In this document: in pieces, positions 56,027-64,000 of the stretch
Numbering within the stretch: position 1 is the first letter of the stretch
Layout of the letters: each line of letters begins with the position of its first letter
Assembly (NCBI GenBank): GCA_050246315.1
Contig: JBFWWG010000005.1
Span: 1 to 64,000, forward strand
Source of the DNA: Nitrospiraceae bacterium
Lineage (GTDB): Bacteria > Nitrospirota > Nitrospiria > Nitrospirales > Nitrospiraceae
Reading direction: 5' to 3'
DNA length: 64,000 bases
Position numbers and translations under genes: made by a program
Notes under the pieces: model-generated
Databases searched by the model: none
What the model was told of the DNA's origin: nothing
The model's input: the letters and a program-made list of their open reading frames with translations, nothing else

Positions 56027-58867
56027 GTGCTGACCCGACTCGCGAAAATCCTGGCCGGTTTGCTGCTGATTGTCTTGGGCCTGCTGTTCCTGCTGTACAG
56101 CATTCTGCCGGACCTCACGTCCCGTCTGCTGGTCCGGCTCTTGGTCCTGCGTGGGTTTGACCAGGTCGTTGTGCAAGTGGACCGGCCGGGGTTGACCTCC
56201 CTTCATATCCCGAACCTGTCCGTCCATAAAGTCCTCGGTTCCGAGCATCTGCGGCTCGCCCTGGAAGACGTACAGGTGGAGTACGACCTGCGAGAATTGC
56301 TGCGAGGACGGCTCGGGACCGTGGTCGTCCCCCGTGCGTCGATTGTGCTGCAAGATGCGCGAGGGAGCTCCGACCCCGCCGATGTACCGGAACCGCCGAC
56401 GCTGGCGTTTGGAACGCTGTTCCAACCAATCCCCAAGTTGCCGCTTGCCCAACTGTTTCTGGATCAGGTCACGGTACATCGGGATCGCGCGAGCGGGCCC
56501 TTTCGAGATATGACGATCTCCGGAACCATCCAAGAGCACGCGCAGGTGCTCACAGGGGCTCTGACCTTCAAGGGGCTCCAGGGGAGCGCCTATCAATTGC
56601 GATGGATGGGCAGGCATGCCGGCGCCATGACGGTCGAGTTGCATCGGCTCGGACGCCAGGGGTCCCCGGTCGTCTCGTTTCGTTCGGAGCAATTGCCCTC
56701 CGATTCGGACCTCCATCTGCGTGGGACGTTCCAGACGGAATTTCAGGAATTGGCACCCCTGTTGGCGTTGCTGGTTCCCCTGGGGCCGCAGATCGAACAG
56801 ATCTCCGGCACCGTCTCGGCCGAATGGTCGGGCACCGCATCAAGATCGACAACGATGCAGTCACTCTGGCTCGATCCGGCCACCAAGGTCGAAGGAAACG
56901 TGCAAGTCAGGCTGTCCCTTCCTGAATGGCCGGGCCTGGCGCAAACCGTCGCGTTGTTGCTCAGCGGGCAGATTTCCGGCAACGGCCATCGCCTGGATTG
57001 GACGCTGAACCAAGACAGCCTCTTTGGAGCCAATGTTTCGCTTGCGACGTTCAAGATGCCGGGCTGGCTGGCGGCCTCGTTCACCAGGAGCTTCGCACCC
57101 TTGACGATAGATCTGCCGTCCGGTGCGCATGGCCACCTCATCCCATCGGCCGAATCACCATCTTGGGCTATGGAGGGACCGGTCCGTGCCCGGTACGGGA
57201 ATGCCACCACACCGATGCGTGCTGAACTGATCGCCACGACTCTTGCGCAGTCGCCAATCCAGGATCTGTCAGGGAGGGGAAAGGTTCGTCTGGCGGGTAA
57301 GGCGAGACCGGTCGCACAGGACGCAGTCCAGGTGGCTGAAGCGACGTGGGATGTGGTCGGAGAGGCGACCGTGGAGGCGGCTCGGGCGCAGGTCCAGCTC
57401 GATCGCACCTCGATGGTGAAGGTGTCGAGAGTTCGCACGGCCCAGGTCAGGGTGCCGAGCGTGATTCTGAACGTCGCGGAGCCGCTTCACCTGCTGGTTG
57501 ATCTGCCGAGCCGACACTGGGTGATCGATCACGGCCGGGTTCGGCTTCGGGTACCGAGTTTCACGGTGAAGGAGACGAGGCTGACGCTCGACCGGGCGGA
57601 TCTTGGGATCAAGCGATTGGAACCGGTTGAGACCGGCTGGAATGCGGACCTGTCGCTCGCCGTTACTCGTCTGGCACCCAGCATGACCACGTTGGCCCTG
57701 CCTTCGTCGGATTGGCAGATCCATGTTGCGACAGAGCCGTCGATGATCATGGCCGAGGTGGAGGGGAAGACGTCTAACAATCTGATATCAATGACCGGCT
57801 CCGGGACTCAGCGCTGGTCCGAGAAGCAGGGTTCGGCCCGGCTGCATCTGGGACCGCTCCGGTTCGAGCCTTCGCAGGCCGTACTCAGCGCCTTGGCGAC
57901 CCCATGGCCCTATCCGTTCGATATCGTTGGTGGGGAGGCCTCGTCCGACATCGAGGTCGTTTGGACGGGAGATCCACGGCTGACCGATGAGGCGCCGATA
58001 ATTCAACGGGCCACCGTGACACTTGCGCTGAACCAGCTCGACGGACGCTATCGGAACTATGACATCCGCGGCCTCTCGACGAATGCGACGGTACATCTCA
58101 AAGGCACGGAGAGCCTCACCATGCCGGAGCCGGCACGAGTCGGGGTGGCCTCAGTCAAGGGGCCTGTCGAAGTCACGCGGCTCTCCTGCGAAGTGCAGGT
58201 CGGATGGACCGATCCTTCCACCATCGCCTGGGTCGATCTCCGGCATCTGCGCGCGGGCCTGTTCGGCGGCCAGATCGTCAGTGACGGGCTGCGCTATGAA
58301 CCGATTCAGCCGACACACCGGTTGACGTTGCAGCTTCAGGACTTCGACGTACAGCAGCTCCTGAGCCTGGAGCAACAGAAGGGGTTGGAGGGGACCGGCA
58401 TCCTAGACGGCACGTTGCCCATGGTCATCAGCGGCAAGACGGTGGTGGTTGAGGATGGGATTGTGGAAGCTCGCCCTCCGGGCGGCGTGATACGGTATCG
58501 GCCTCCGGCCGTCGCCGGTCAAGCGGTTGCCTCGACGAATCCGCAAATGGAAATGGTTTTGCAAGCCCTTTCGGATTTTCACTACAATGTGCTGACGATG
58601 TCCGTGCAATACCGGGAAGCAGGGAATCTGTCGCTCAACACGCGGCTTGAAGGGCGCAATCCAGGTTGGCAGAACGGACGGCCGGTTCACTTCAACCTGA
58701 ACGTGCAGGAAAATATCCCGGCTCTGTTGAAGACGCTGGATACGGTGACGAGGGTTCAGGACGCCCTCACCGAGCGATTGGAGGGGGAGGGCGGTAGTAG
58801 CGGCCAGACGGAGGGTGGTGCCAACCGAGGTGCGCCCGGATCAGACGAGGCGGAAGGGGAGCGGTGA
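56027..58867 (+). CDS. ydbH: YdbH-family (AsmA-like) intermembrane lipid transport protein
   Basis: N-terminal TM, beta-rich body, GTGILDGTLP...ARPPGGVIRY...LEGRNP...NLNVQENIPALL; synteny with ynbE-ydbL. Confidence 0.85.
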   Translation: MLTRLAKILAGLLLIVLGLLFLLYSILPDLTSRLLVRLLVLRGFDQVVVQVDRPGLTSLHIPNLSVHKVLGSEHLRLALEDVQVEYDLRELLRGRLGTVVVPRASIVLQDARGSSDPADVPEPPTLAFGTLFQPIPKLPLAQLFLDQVTVHRDRASGPFRDMTISGTIQEHAQVLTGALTFKGLQGSAYQLRWMGRHAGAMTVELHRLGRQGSPVVSFRSEQLPSDSDLHLRGTFQTEFQELAPLLALLVPLGPQIEQISGTVSAEWSGTASRSTTMQSLWLDPATKVEGNVQVRLSLPEWPGLAQTVALLLSGQISGNGHRLDWTLNQDSLFGANVSLATFKMPGWLAASFTRSFAPLTIDLPSGAHGHLIPSAESPSWAMEGPVRARYGNATTPMRAELIATTLAQSPIQDLSGRGKVRLAGKARPVAQDAVQVAEATWDVVGEATVEAARAQVQLDRTSMVKVSRVRTAQVRVPSVILNVAEPLHLLVDLPSRHWVIDHGRVRLRVPSFTVKETRLTLDRADLGIKRLEPVETGWNADLSLAVTRLAPSMTTLALPSSDWQIHVATEPSMIMAEVEGKTSNNLISMTGSGTQRWSEKQGSARLHLGPLRFEPSQAVLSALATPWPYPFDIVGGEASSDIEVVWTGDPRLTDEAPIIQRATVTLALNQLDGRYRNYDIRGLSTNATVHLKGTESLTMPEPARVGVASVKGPVEVTRLSCEVQVGWTDPSTIAWVDLRHLRAGLFGGQIVSDGLRYEPIQPTHRLTLQLQDFDVQQLLSLEQQKGLEGTGILDGTLPMVISGKTVVVEDGIVEARPPGGVIRYRPPAVAGQAVASTNPQMEMVLQALSDFHYNVLTMSVQYREAGNLSLNTRLEGRNPGWQNGRPVHFNLNVQENIPALLKTLDTVTRVQDALTERLEGEGGSSGQTEGGANRGAPGSDEAEGER

Positions 58868-59070
58868 ACATGCAGATGCGCATGGTCGTCTTGGGAATGT
58901 GGATGATGACTTTTGGAAGCGGTGTCGCCGGGTGTACCCCTCGGGTGGAGGTCGCGCCGCCGGAAAAGCCCATCACGATCAACCTGAACGTGAAGATCGA
59001 CCACGAAATCCGGGTCAAGGTCGATAAGGAATTGGACCAGGTCTTATCCGATAAGGGTGGGTTGTTCTGA
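58864..59070 (+). CDS. ynbE: YnbE-family lipoprotein
   Basis: AGCTPRVEVAPPEKPITINLNVKIDHEIRVKVDKELD. Confidence 0.92.
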   Translation: MNMQMRMVVLGMWMMTFGSGVAGCTPRVEVAPPEKPITINLNVKIDHEIRVKVDKELDQVLSDKGGLF

Positions 59071-59081
59071 ATGCGATATTA

Positions 59082-59435
59082 ATGAGGAGCATGATCATGC
59101 GCCGATGGAATCGAACCGTCCTGTTAATGACTCTTGTGCTGATGGGTTTGGTGTGGGGTGTCTCGGCTTGGGCCCTGTCGCTGGACGAAGCCAAGGCCAA
59201 GGGATTGGTAGGAGAAAAACCGAGCGGGTATCTGGGAGTTGTCTCGGGCGGCGCAGACGTACAGGCCCTGGTGAACGATATCAATCAGAAGCGCCGCCAG
59301 GCCTATGGGGACATTGCGAGTCGCAACAAGACCGATCTCAAGGATGTCGAAACCCTTGCGGGTGAGAAGGCCATCCAGAATACCAAGCCCGGCCATTTCG
59401 TACAGTCACCCTCAGGGCAGTGGATGAAGAAGTAG
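59082..59435 (+). CDS. ydbL: YdbL-family protein
   Basis: LDEAKAKGLVGEKPSGYLG...INQKRRQAY...GQWMKK. Confidence 0.92.
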   Translation: MRSMIMRRWNRTVLLMTLVLMGLVWGVSAWALSLDEAKAKGLVGEKPSGYLGVVSGGADVQALVNDINQKRRQAYGDIASRNKTDLKDVETLAGEKAIQNTKPGHFVQSPSGQWMKK

Positions 59436-59667
59436 CGATCTCCTCCTCTTCCGACAAGCCCTGCCGCCTCTTCCCGAGCAAGCAATTCTCTGGGTGCTGC
59501 TAGCGCATTCCACGCCTCGGTTGAATGACGAGGGTCGATCGTCGCCGCCCTCCCTTCGTATACGTTCCGATACACCGGCTGAAGAAACAGATACAGTGCA
59601 GTCAACGACTCGGTGGGCGCCACCTCCTGGTCGATGGCCCTCGCCCTGATCCTTCGTTCGAATCCCT

Positions 59668-60004
59668 CTAGTGTTGCGTCCCAGAAGTTCGTTCGTGGTG
59701 AGCCTGTCGAACCATGAACGGAACTCCTTGAAAGTGGGCGCCCTTCGACCGGCTCAGGGCGAACGGATTATTACCGGAACTTACGGGACACAACACTAGC
59801 AGGCTGCGGAAAAACTGTTTTCGGCCTCTGAAATCGTCATGGTCATCGAGGACTCAGACGACAGCGGAAAGCCATGCAGGATGCTCAAAAAGGCTGTCCA
59901 GCAAGGCCGCAGCGAGCGAAGGGGCGAATCGTACTCTTTTCTGTACGTTGAGCCTCTGAGCGATGCGAGAACGCCGCTGGCGGACTTTTTCAGCATCCTG
60001 CTAG
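59668..60004. mobile_element. Two tandem MITE-like elements (59668-59799 and 59796-60004) sharing one CTAG
   Basis: CTAGTGTTGCGTCCC / GGGACACAACACTAG, then CTAGCAGGCTGCGGAAAAAC / CTTTTTCAGCATCCTGCTAG. Confidence 0.8.
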
Positions 60005-60352
60005 AAATCTCCGTTCAACAGTCACAGATCGAATGAACGCCTAGCCGATCACTCGGCAAGCTCGTGGCCTGGAAGTTGCTTATGTCCATGGTGTGTGAGG
60101 TCTTCGATGAGGCGGCTCCTCCTACATAAGCTGGGACACCTGATGATCCTCGGCGCCAGAACAATGGTCCAAATTGGGATGACTGTATTTCTGACAAAGC
60201 AGTTGATGCTGCGGGACTGGTTCGAGAAGGCGATCTCGTGAGGGTGGCCGGGTTTGTCCCAGGAATGGAGCACTTATGCTTCAGCCGCTGCGCTCCAGGT
60301 GATGAGCGCCTCTCTCCGAGAGGAGGTGCGCAGTCGCTGATGCACGATCCGA

Positions 60353-61012
60353 TTAACCGTATCGATCGTTCTTCCACGGGAACGCGCTGTTCGAATAGCC
60401 GCGGACTTCCCAAAAACCCTTCTCATCGCGGTCCGAGAACGTGATCTCCTTCACCCACTTGGCACCCTTCCACGCGTAGCGTTTGGGAATGATCATGCGG
60501 ACCGGTCCGCCGTGGTCCTTCGTGAGCGGCTTGCCGTTCCATGAACGGCATAGCAGGACATCGTCGTCGTCGCAGGCCTCAAGCGGGAGATTGGTCGTGT
60601 AGTCGTCATAGGACTTGAACAGAACGAACTTGGCCAGGCTCAGCGGCTTGACCAGGCTGATCAGGTGCTTGAAGCTCACGCCCTCCCATTCGTTGTCGAA
60701 CGTGCTCCAGGTCGTCACGCAGTGAAAGTCGGAGACGGAGCGGAACGGTGGTTGGGCCTGGAAATCCTGCCAGGTCCAGGTCAGAGGCTGGGCCACAAAG
60801 CCGCCGACGGTCAGGCTCCATTGCATAAGCGGGATCTCCGGCTTATGGCCGAGGTCGAGCACGGGCCAGTTGTTCACGAGATGCTGGCCGGGCGGCAGAC
60901 GATCCGGCTCCGGCGCCTCGTCATCGACCTCACGCCCGCCGAGACCGCGTTTCTCCCTCGCCCAGGCTTGCTTCTTTTGGATCAGACGGTCGTTGCTGTC
61001 CACGGGTTTCAT
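60353..61012 (-). CDS. Cytoplasmic sulfite-oxidase-like molybdopterin oxidoreductase
   Basis: RLPPGQ, DFHCVTTWS, HGGPVR, WKGAKW, GFWEVRGY. Confidence 0.9.
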   Translation of the reverse strand: MKPVDSNDRLIQKKQAWAREKRGLGGREVDDEAPEPDRLPPGQHLVNNWPVLDLGHKPEIPLMQWSLTVGGFVAQPLTWTWQDFQAQPPFRSVSDFHCVTTWSTFDNEWEGVSFKHLISLVKPLSLAKFVLFKSYDDYTTNLPLEACDDDDVLLCRSWNGKPLTKDHGGPVRMIIPKRYAWKGAKWVKEITFSDRDEKGFWEVRGYSNSAFPWKNDRYG

Positions 61013-61197
61013 TTCTCCTCTGGATGGGTCGCAGTGCTCCTGCGCATCTTACAGCAGTGAGACTCGAAGTCGAAACCGTGTTGACTGCAAGACGAGGATG
61101 GCATCAGCCCATCAGGGGTTGAGGCCGGTCCGGAACGGTGAGATAATCCCGGTGCTTTTTTGGCGCGACATCGTAGCAAACTCTACGAGTTGGTGAC

Positions 61198-63672
61198 ATG
61201 ACATCGGCCCCATCGCCCGAAGGCCCAGACCGCGAAGCCGGTTCTCCTCCGTCTCACAAGCAGGCCGAACAGATCCTCACCCCATCTCACATACAATTGG
61301 AACAGGAACTCCTCAAGCGCAATGAGGAGCTGGAGAGAACCAGCGCCGTCCTGCGTGAGATCGTCGAGGGGGTCGAGGCGAAAGTCGGTGAACAGTTCTT
61401 TTCGTCACTGGTCCAACGGCTTGCCACGGCGTTGGGAGTCGACTACGCCTATCTCTCGCACCTCAGCCCCGACGGCACGACCTTTCGCTCGCGAGCGGGC
61501 TGGGGCAAAGGCCGACCCCTCCCACCGTTCGACGTGCCGGCGCGCGGCCCCTGCGAAATCGTGTTGACTCGCAAAGTCGTCCACCATCCGGATGGGCTGC
61601 GCTCGCTCTACCCGCAGGTCCAACTCATCCAAGACATCGGCGTGGACAGCTACTGCGGGGTGCCGATCGTCGATACGTCGGATCGAGTTGTCGGGCACCT
61701 GGCCATCATGGATTCGCGGCCGATGCCCGATCCGGTGCGCGCCACGTCGATACTCGGCATCTTCGCGACGAGGGCCGCCGCGGAGATCGAGAGGTTGTGT
61801 TATGAACGGGCGCTTCGGAAGAGCGATCTCATGTTGCGGAAGATCGACGAAGGGACCGCCGCCACGACGGGAGCCGACTTTTTCAATTCCTTAGTGAAGA
61901 GCCTGGCCGAAGCGCTCCAGATTCAATACGCCTTTGTGTCGAAATTTGTCGAAGGCAGTCGATTGCGCGTTCGCACGCTTGCGTTCTGGAAAGGGGACGG
62001 TTTTCTCGACAACTTCGAGTATGACCTGCTTCATACGCCCTGCGAACGAGTCCTGGCTGGGGAAGTCTGCCTGTTTCCCGATCACGTCCAGGACTTGTTT
62101 CCTCACCATCGAGAGGACCTCGCCAAGCTGGGGGTGGAGAGTTACCTCGCGATCCCGGTCTCGGACCGTTCCGGAGGGGTGATGGGGCATCTCGCGGTGA
62201 TGGATACTAAACCGATGCAGGATGACGCCCGTGTGCTGTCCGTGTTCAAGATTTTCGGGGTCCGGGCCGGGGCCGAGTTGGAGCGCGCGCAACTGGAAGC
62301 CCGGATCAAGGAGAGTGAGGAGCGACTCCGCGACCTATTCGACGAGGCGCCCATTGCCTATGTGAACGAAGGGCTCGACTCCAGATTCATCAAAGCCAAT
62401 CGGACGGCGATGAAGACCCTCGGTATCACGCCGGATCAAGTGGAAGAGACCTATGGATTCTCGTTCATTCCCGACACGCCGGATGCGCAGCGCCGATTGA
62501 AGGACGCGTTCGAGTCGATCGGCAAGGGCATCGATACGAGCGGGGTCGTGCTGGAATTGCGGCGCAAGGACAACGGCAAGCCCCTCTGGATCCAATGGTG
62601 GTCTCGGCCGGACCCGAGCGGCACCTACACACGCACGATGTTTCTGGACATTACGGAGCGCGTGCTGATGGAGCAGGAAAGGGCTCGGTTGGAGGCGCAG
62701 AACACCTATCTGCAGGAGGAAATCAAAGGAAGCCACAACTTTGAAGAGTTGATCGGCTCCTCGCCCTCTCTGAAGAAGGTGTTGAAGAACGTCGAACGGG
62801 TCGCGCCGACCGACTCGACCGTGCTCATCACTGGAGAGACGGGCACGGGGAAGGAGTTGATCGCTCGGGCGATCCATAATGTGAGCCCTCGTAAGGCCAA
62901 GCCGCTCGTCAAGGTCAATTGCGCGGCGATCCCAGCCGGCTTGATCGAGAGCGAGCTGTTCGGCCATGAGAAGGGAGCCTTCACCGGCGCCTTGACCCGC
63001 AAGATCGGACGATTCGAGTTGGCGGACAAGGGCACGATCTTTCTCGACGAGATCGGCGAGTTGCCGCTGGATCTCCAATCCAAGCTGCTTCGGGTGCTGC
63101 AGGAAGGTGAATTCGAGCGCGTCGGCGGCTCGCAGACCTTCAAGGTTGCGGTGCGCGTGATTGCCGCGACGAACCGTGACCTGGAGCAGCAGGTCCGGGC
63201 CGGGCATTTCCGCTCCGACCTCTATTACCGATTGAATGTGTTCCCGATTCACGTGCCTCCGCTTCGGGAGCGCGAGGGGGACATTCCGCTCTTGGTGCAG
63301 TTTTTCACGCGAAAATTTGCCGTCCAGCAGGGCAAGAAGATCGAGCGAATCCCGGAACGAATGATGGCGGCACTCCTCCGGTACCAGTGGCCGGGAAATA
63401 TTCGGGAACTGGAGCATGTCGTTGAGCGGGCCGTCATCCTCAGCGAAGGGTCCGAGCTGGAGCCGATCGAGTGGTTGACCGCGGGCGCGTCGCAGCCCCG
63501 CATCGACAAGGTACCGACGCTCGAAGAATTGGAACGGGAGCACATCCGGACGGTGCTTGAACAGACCAACTGGCGCGTGAGCGGCGAGAAGGGCGCGGCC
63601 GCGTTGCTGGGCCTGAAAGCCACCACGCTCGAAGCGCGCATGAAGAAACTCGGCATCGTCAGGCCTGCCTGA
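61198..63672 (+). CDS. Sigma54-dependent activator, GAF-GAF-PAS-AAA-HTH (FhlA/NifA-like)
   Basis: [30 protein letters not shown]-terminal HTH; two GAF repeats. Confidence 0.93.
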   Translation: MTSAPSPEGPDREAGSPPSHKQAEQILTPSHIQLEQELLKRNEELERTSAVLREIVEGVEAKVGEQFFSSLVQRLATALGVDYAYLSHLSPDGTTFRSRAGWGKGRPLPPFDVPARGPCEIVLTRKVVHHPDGLRSLYPQVQLIQDIGVDSYCGVPIVDTSDRVVGHLAIMDSRPMPDPVRATSILGIFATRAAAEIERLCYERALRKSDLMLRKIDEGTAATTGADFFNSLVKSLAEALQIQYAFVSKFVEGSRLRVRTLAFWKGDGFLDNFEYDLLHTPCERVLAGEVCLFPDHVQDLFPHHREDLAKLGVESYLAIPVSDRSGGVMGHLAVMDTKPMQDDARVLSVFKIFGVRAGAELERAQLEARIKESEERLRDLFDEAPIAYVNEGLDSRFIKANRTAMKTLGITPDQVEETYGFSFIPDTPDAQRRLKDAFESIGKGIDTSGVVLELRRKDNGKPLWIQWWSRPDPSGTYTRTMFLDITERVLMEQERARLEAQNTYLQEEIKGSHNFEELIGSSPSLKKVLKNVERVAPTDSTVLITGETGTGKELIARAIHNVSPRKAKPLVKVNCAAIPAGLIESELFGHEKGAFTGALTRKIGRFELADKGTIFLDEIGELPLDLQSKLLRVLQEGEFERVGGSQTFKVAVRVIAATNRDLEQQVRAGHFRSDLYYRLNVFPIHVPPLREREGDIPLLVQFFTRKFAVQQGKKIERIPERMMAALLRYQWPGNIRELEHVVERAVILSEGSELEPIEWLTAGASQPRIDKVPTLEELEREHIRTVLEQTNWRVSGEKGAAALLGLKATTLEARMKKLGIVRPA

Positions 63673-63683
63673 ACCCTGTCACG

Positions 63684-63808
63684 CGTCATCCGTCAAACGT
63701 CATTCGTCAAACGCAAGCGTCAATCGCCACGCGCCACACGAGGAAGAGCGTGAGGTCCTTCCGCATCGGTACGTGTTTCGATTGACGAATGACGGATGAC
63801 GGATGACG
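63684..63808. repeat. Inverted arrays of CGTCAnn heptamers
   Basis: CGTCATC CGTCAAA CGTCATT CGTCAAA...CGTCAAT (63684-63724) versus ATTGACG AATGACG GATGACG GATGACG (63781-63808). Confidence 0.8.
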
Positions 63809-64000
63809 AGTCGTGTCTCACCGAGTTCAGGATGCGGTGAGCGGCGTGAGCTTGACATCTCCCAAGACGATCCAGTGACTCATCACGACTCATTTCAGTA
63901 GGAGAGGAATTAGTCCCCCGGCACCGGGCATCAAGACCAAGCAGGAGCCGATTCCGGCGTGCTCTGCTTCGTTACCTGCGCCTGCGAGAATGCGGCCGGT

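Noticed and set aside
59796..60036. Short ORFs MLKKSASGVLAS... and its antisense
   Set aside because: They lie within a MITE-like repeat and are probably spurious
62335..63543. Long antisense ORFs (this one, and 24101-25276, 53718-54815, 19208-20011)
   Set aside because: Shadows of well-supported genes on the opposite strand

Overview
Bacterial chromosomal window, moderately GC-rich. A Nitrospira-like origin is inferred from the repeat families and gene content, not proven. (1) 1-8.4 kb is an accessory patch: the end of an IS3 element, five type II toxin-antitoxin loci (two damaged), a TIGR02270-like gene with a duplicated 3' end, two HExxH DUF922-like proteins and a broken macrodomain. (2) 8.5-21 kb is a T6SS-flavoured envelope signalling cluster: single-chain TssB/TssC-like sheath protein, RCC1 lipoprotein, DUF4384 protein, TPR-caspase lipoprotein, FHA-TM-lytic transglycosylase, Ser/Thr kinase with a long charged helix, and an LPP20-like protein. 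(3) 21.6-48 kb is a redox/oxidative-stress region: aquaporin, MsrPQ-like pair with Met-rich exported proteins, OxyR with a cytochrome c peroxidase, three decayed SMP-30 copies, two more damaged TA loci, and a GMC/NDH-2/VOC/TVP38/DsbA/truncated globin/P450 run. (4) 48-64 kb holds more ordinary genes (epimerase, BON-OmpA, DUF362, ydbH-ynbE-ydbL, sulfite oxidase family, sigma54 activator). Several CTAG-bounded MITE-like elements and an unexplained, very GC-rich, hairpin-dense ~600 nt intergenic segment are present. No rRNA, tRNA or CRISPR array was seen. All product calls come from motif recognition by eye; no database search was run.
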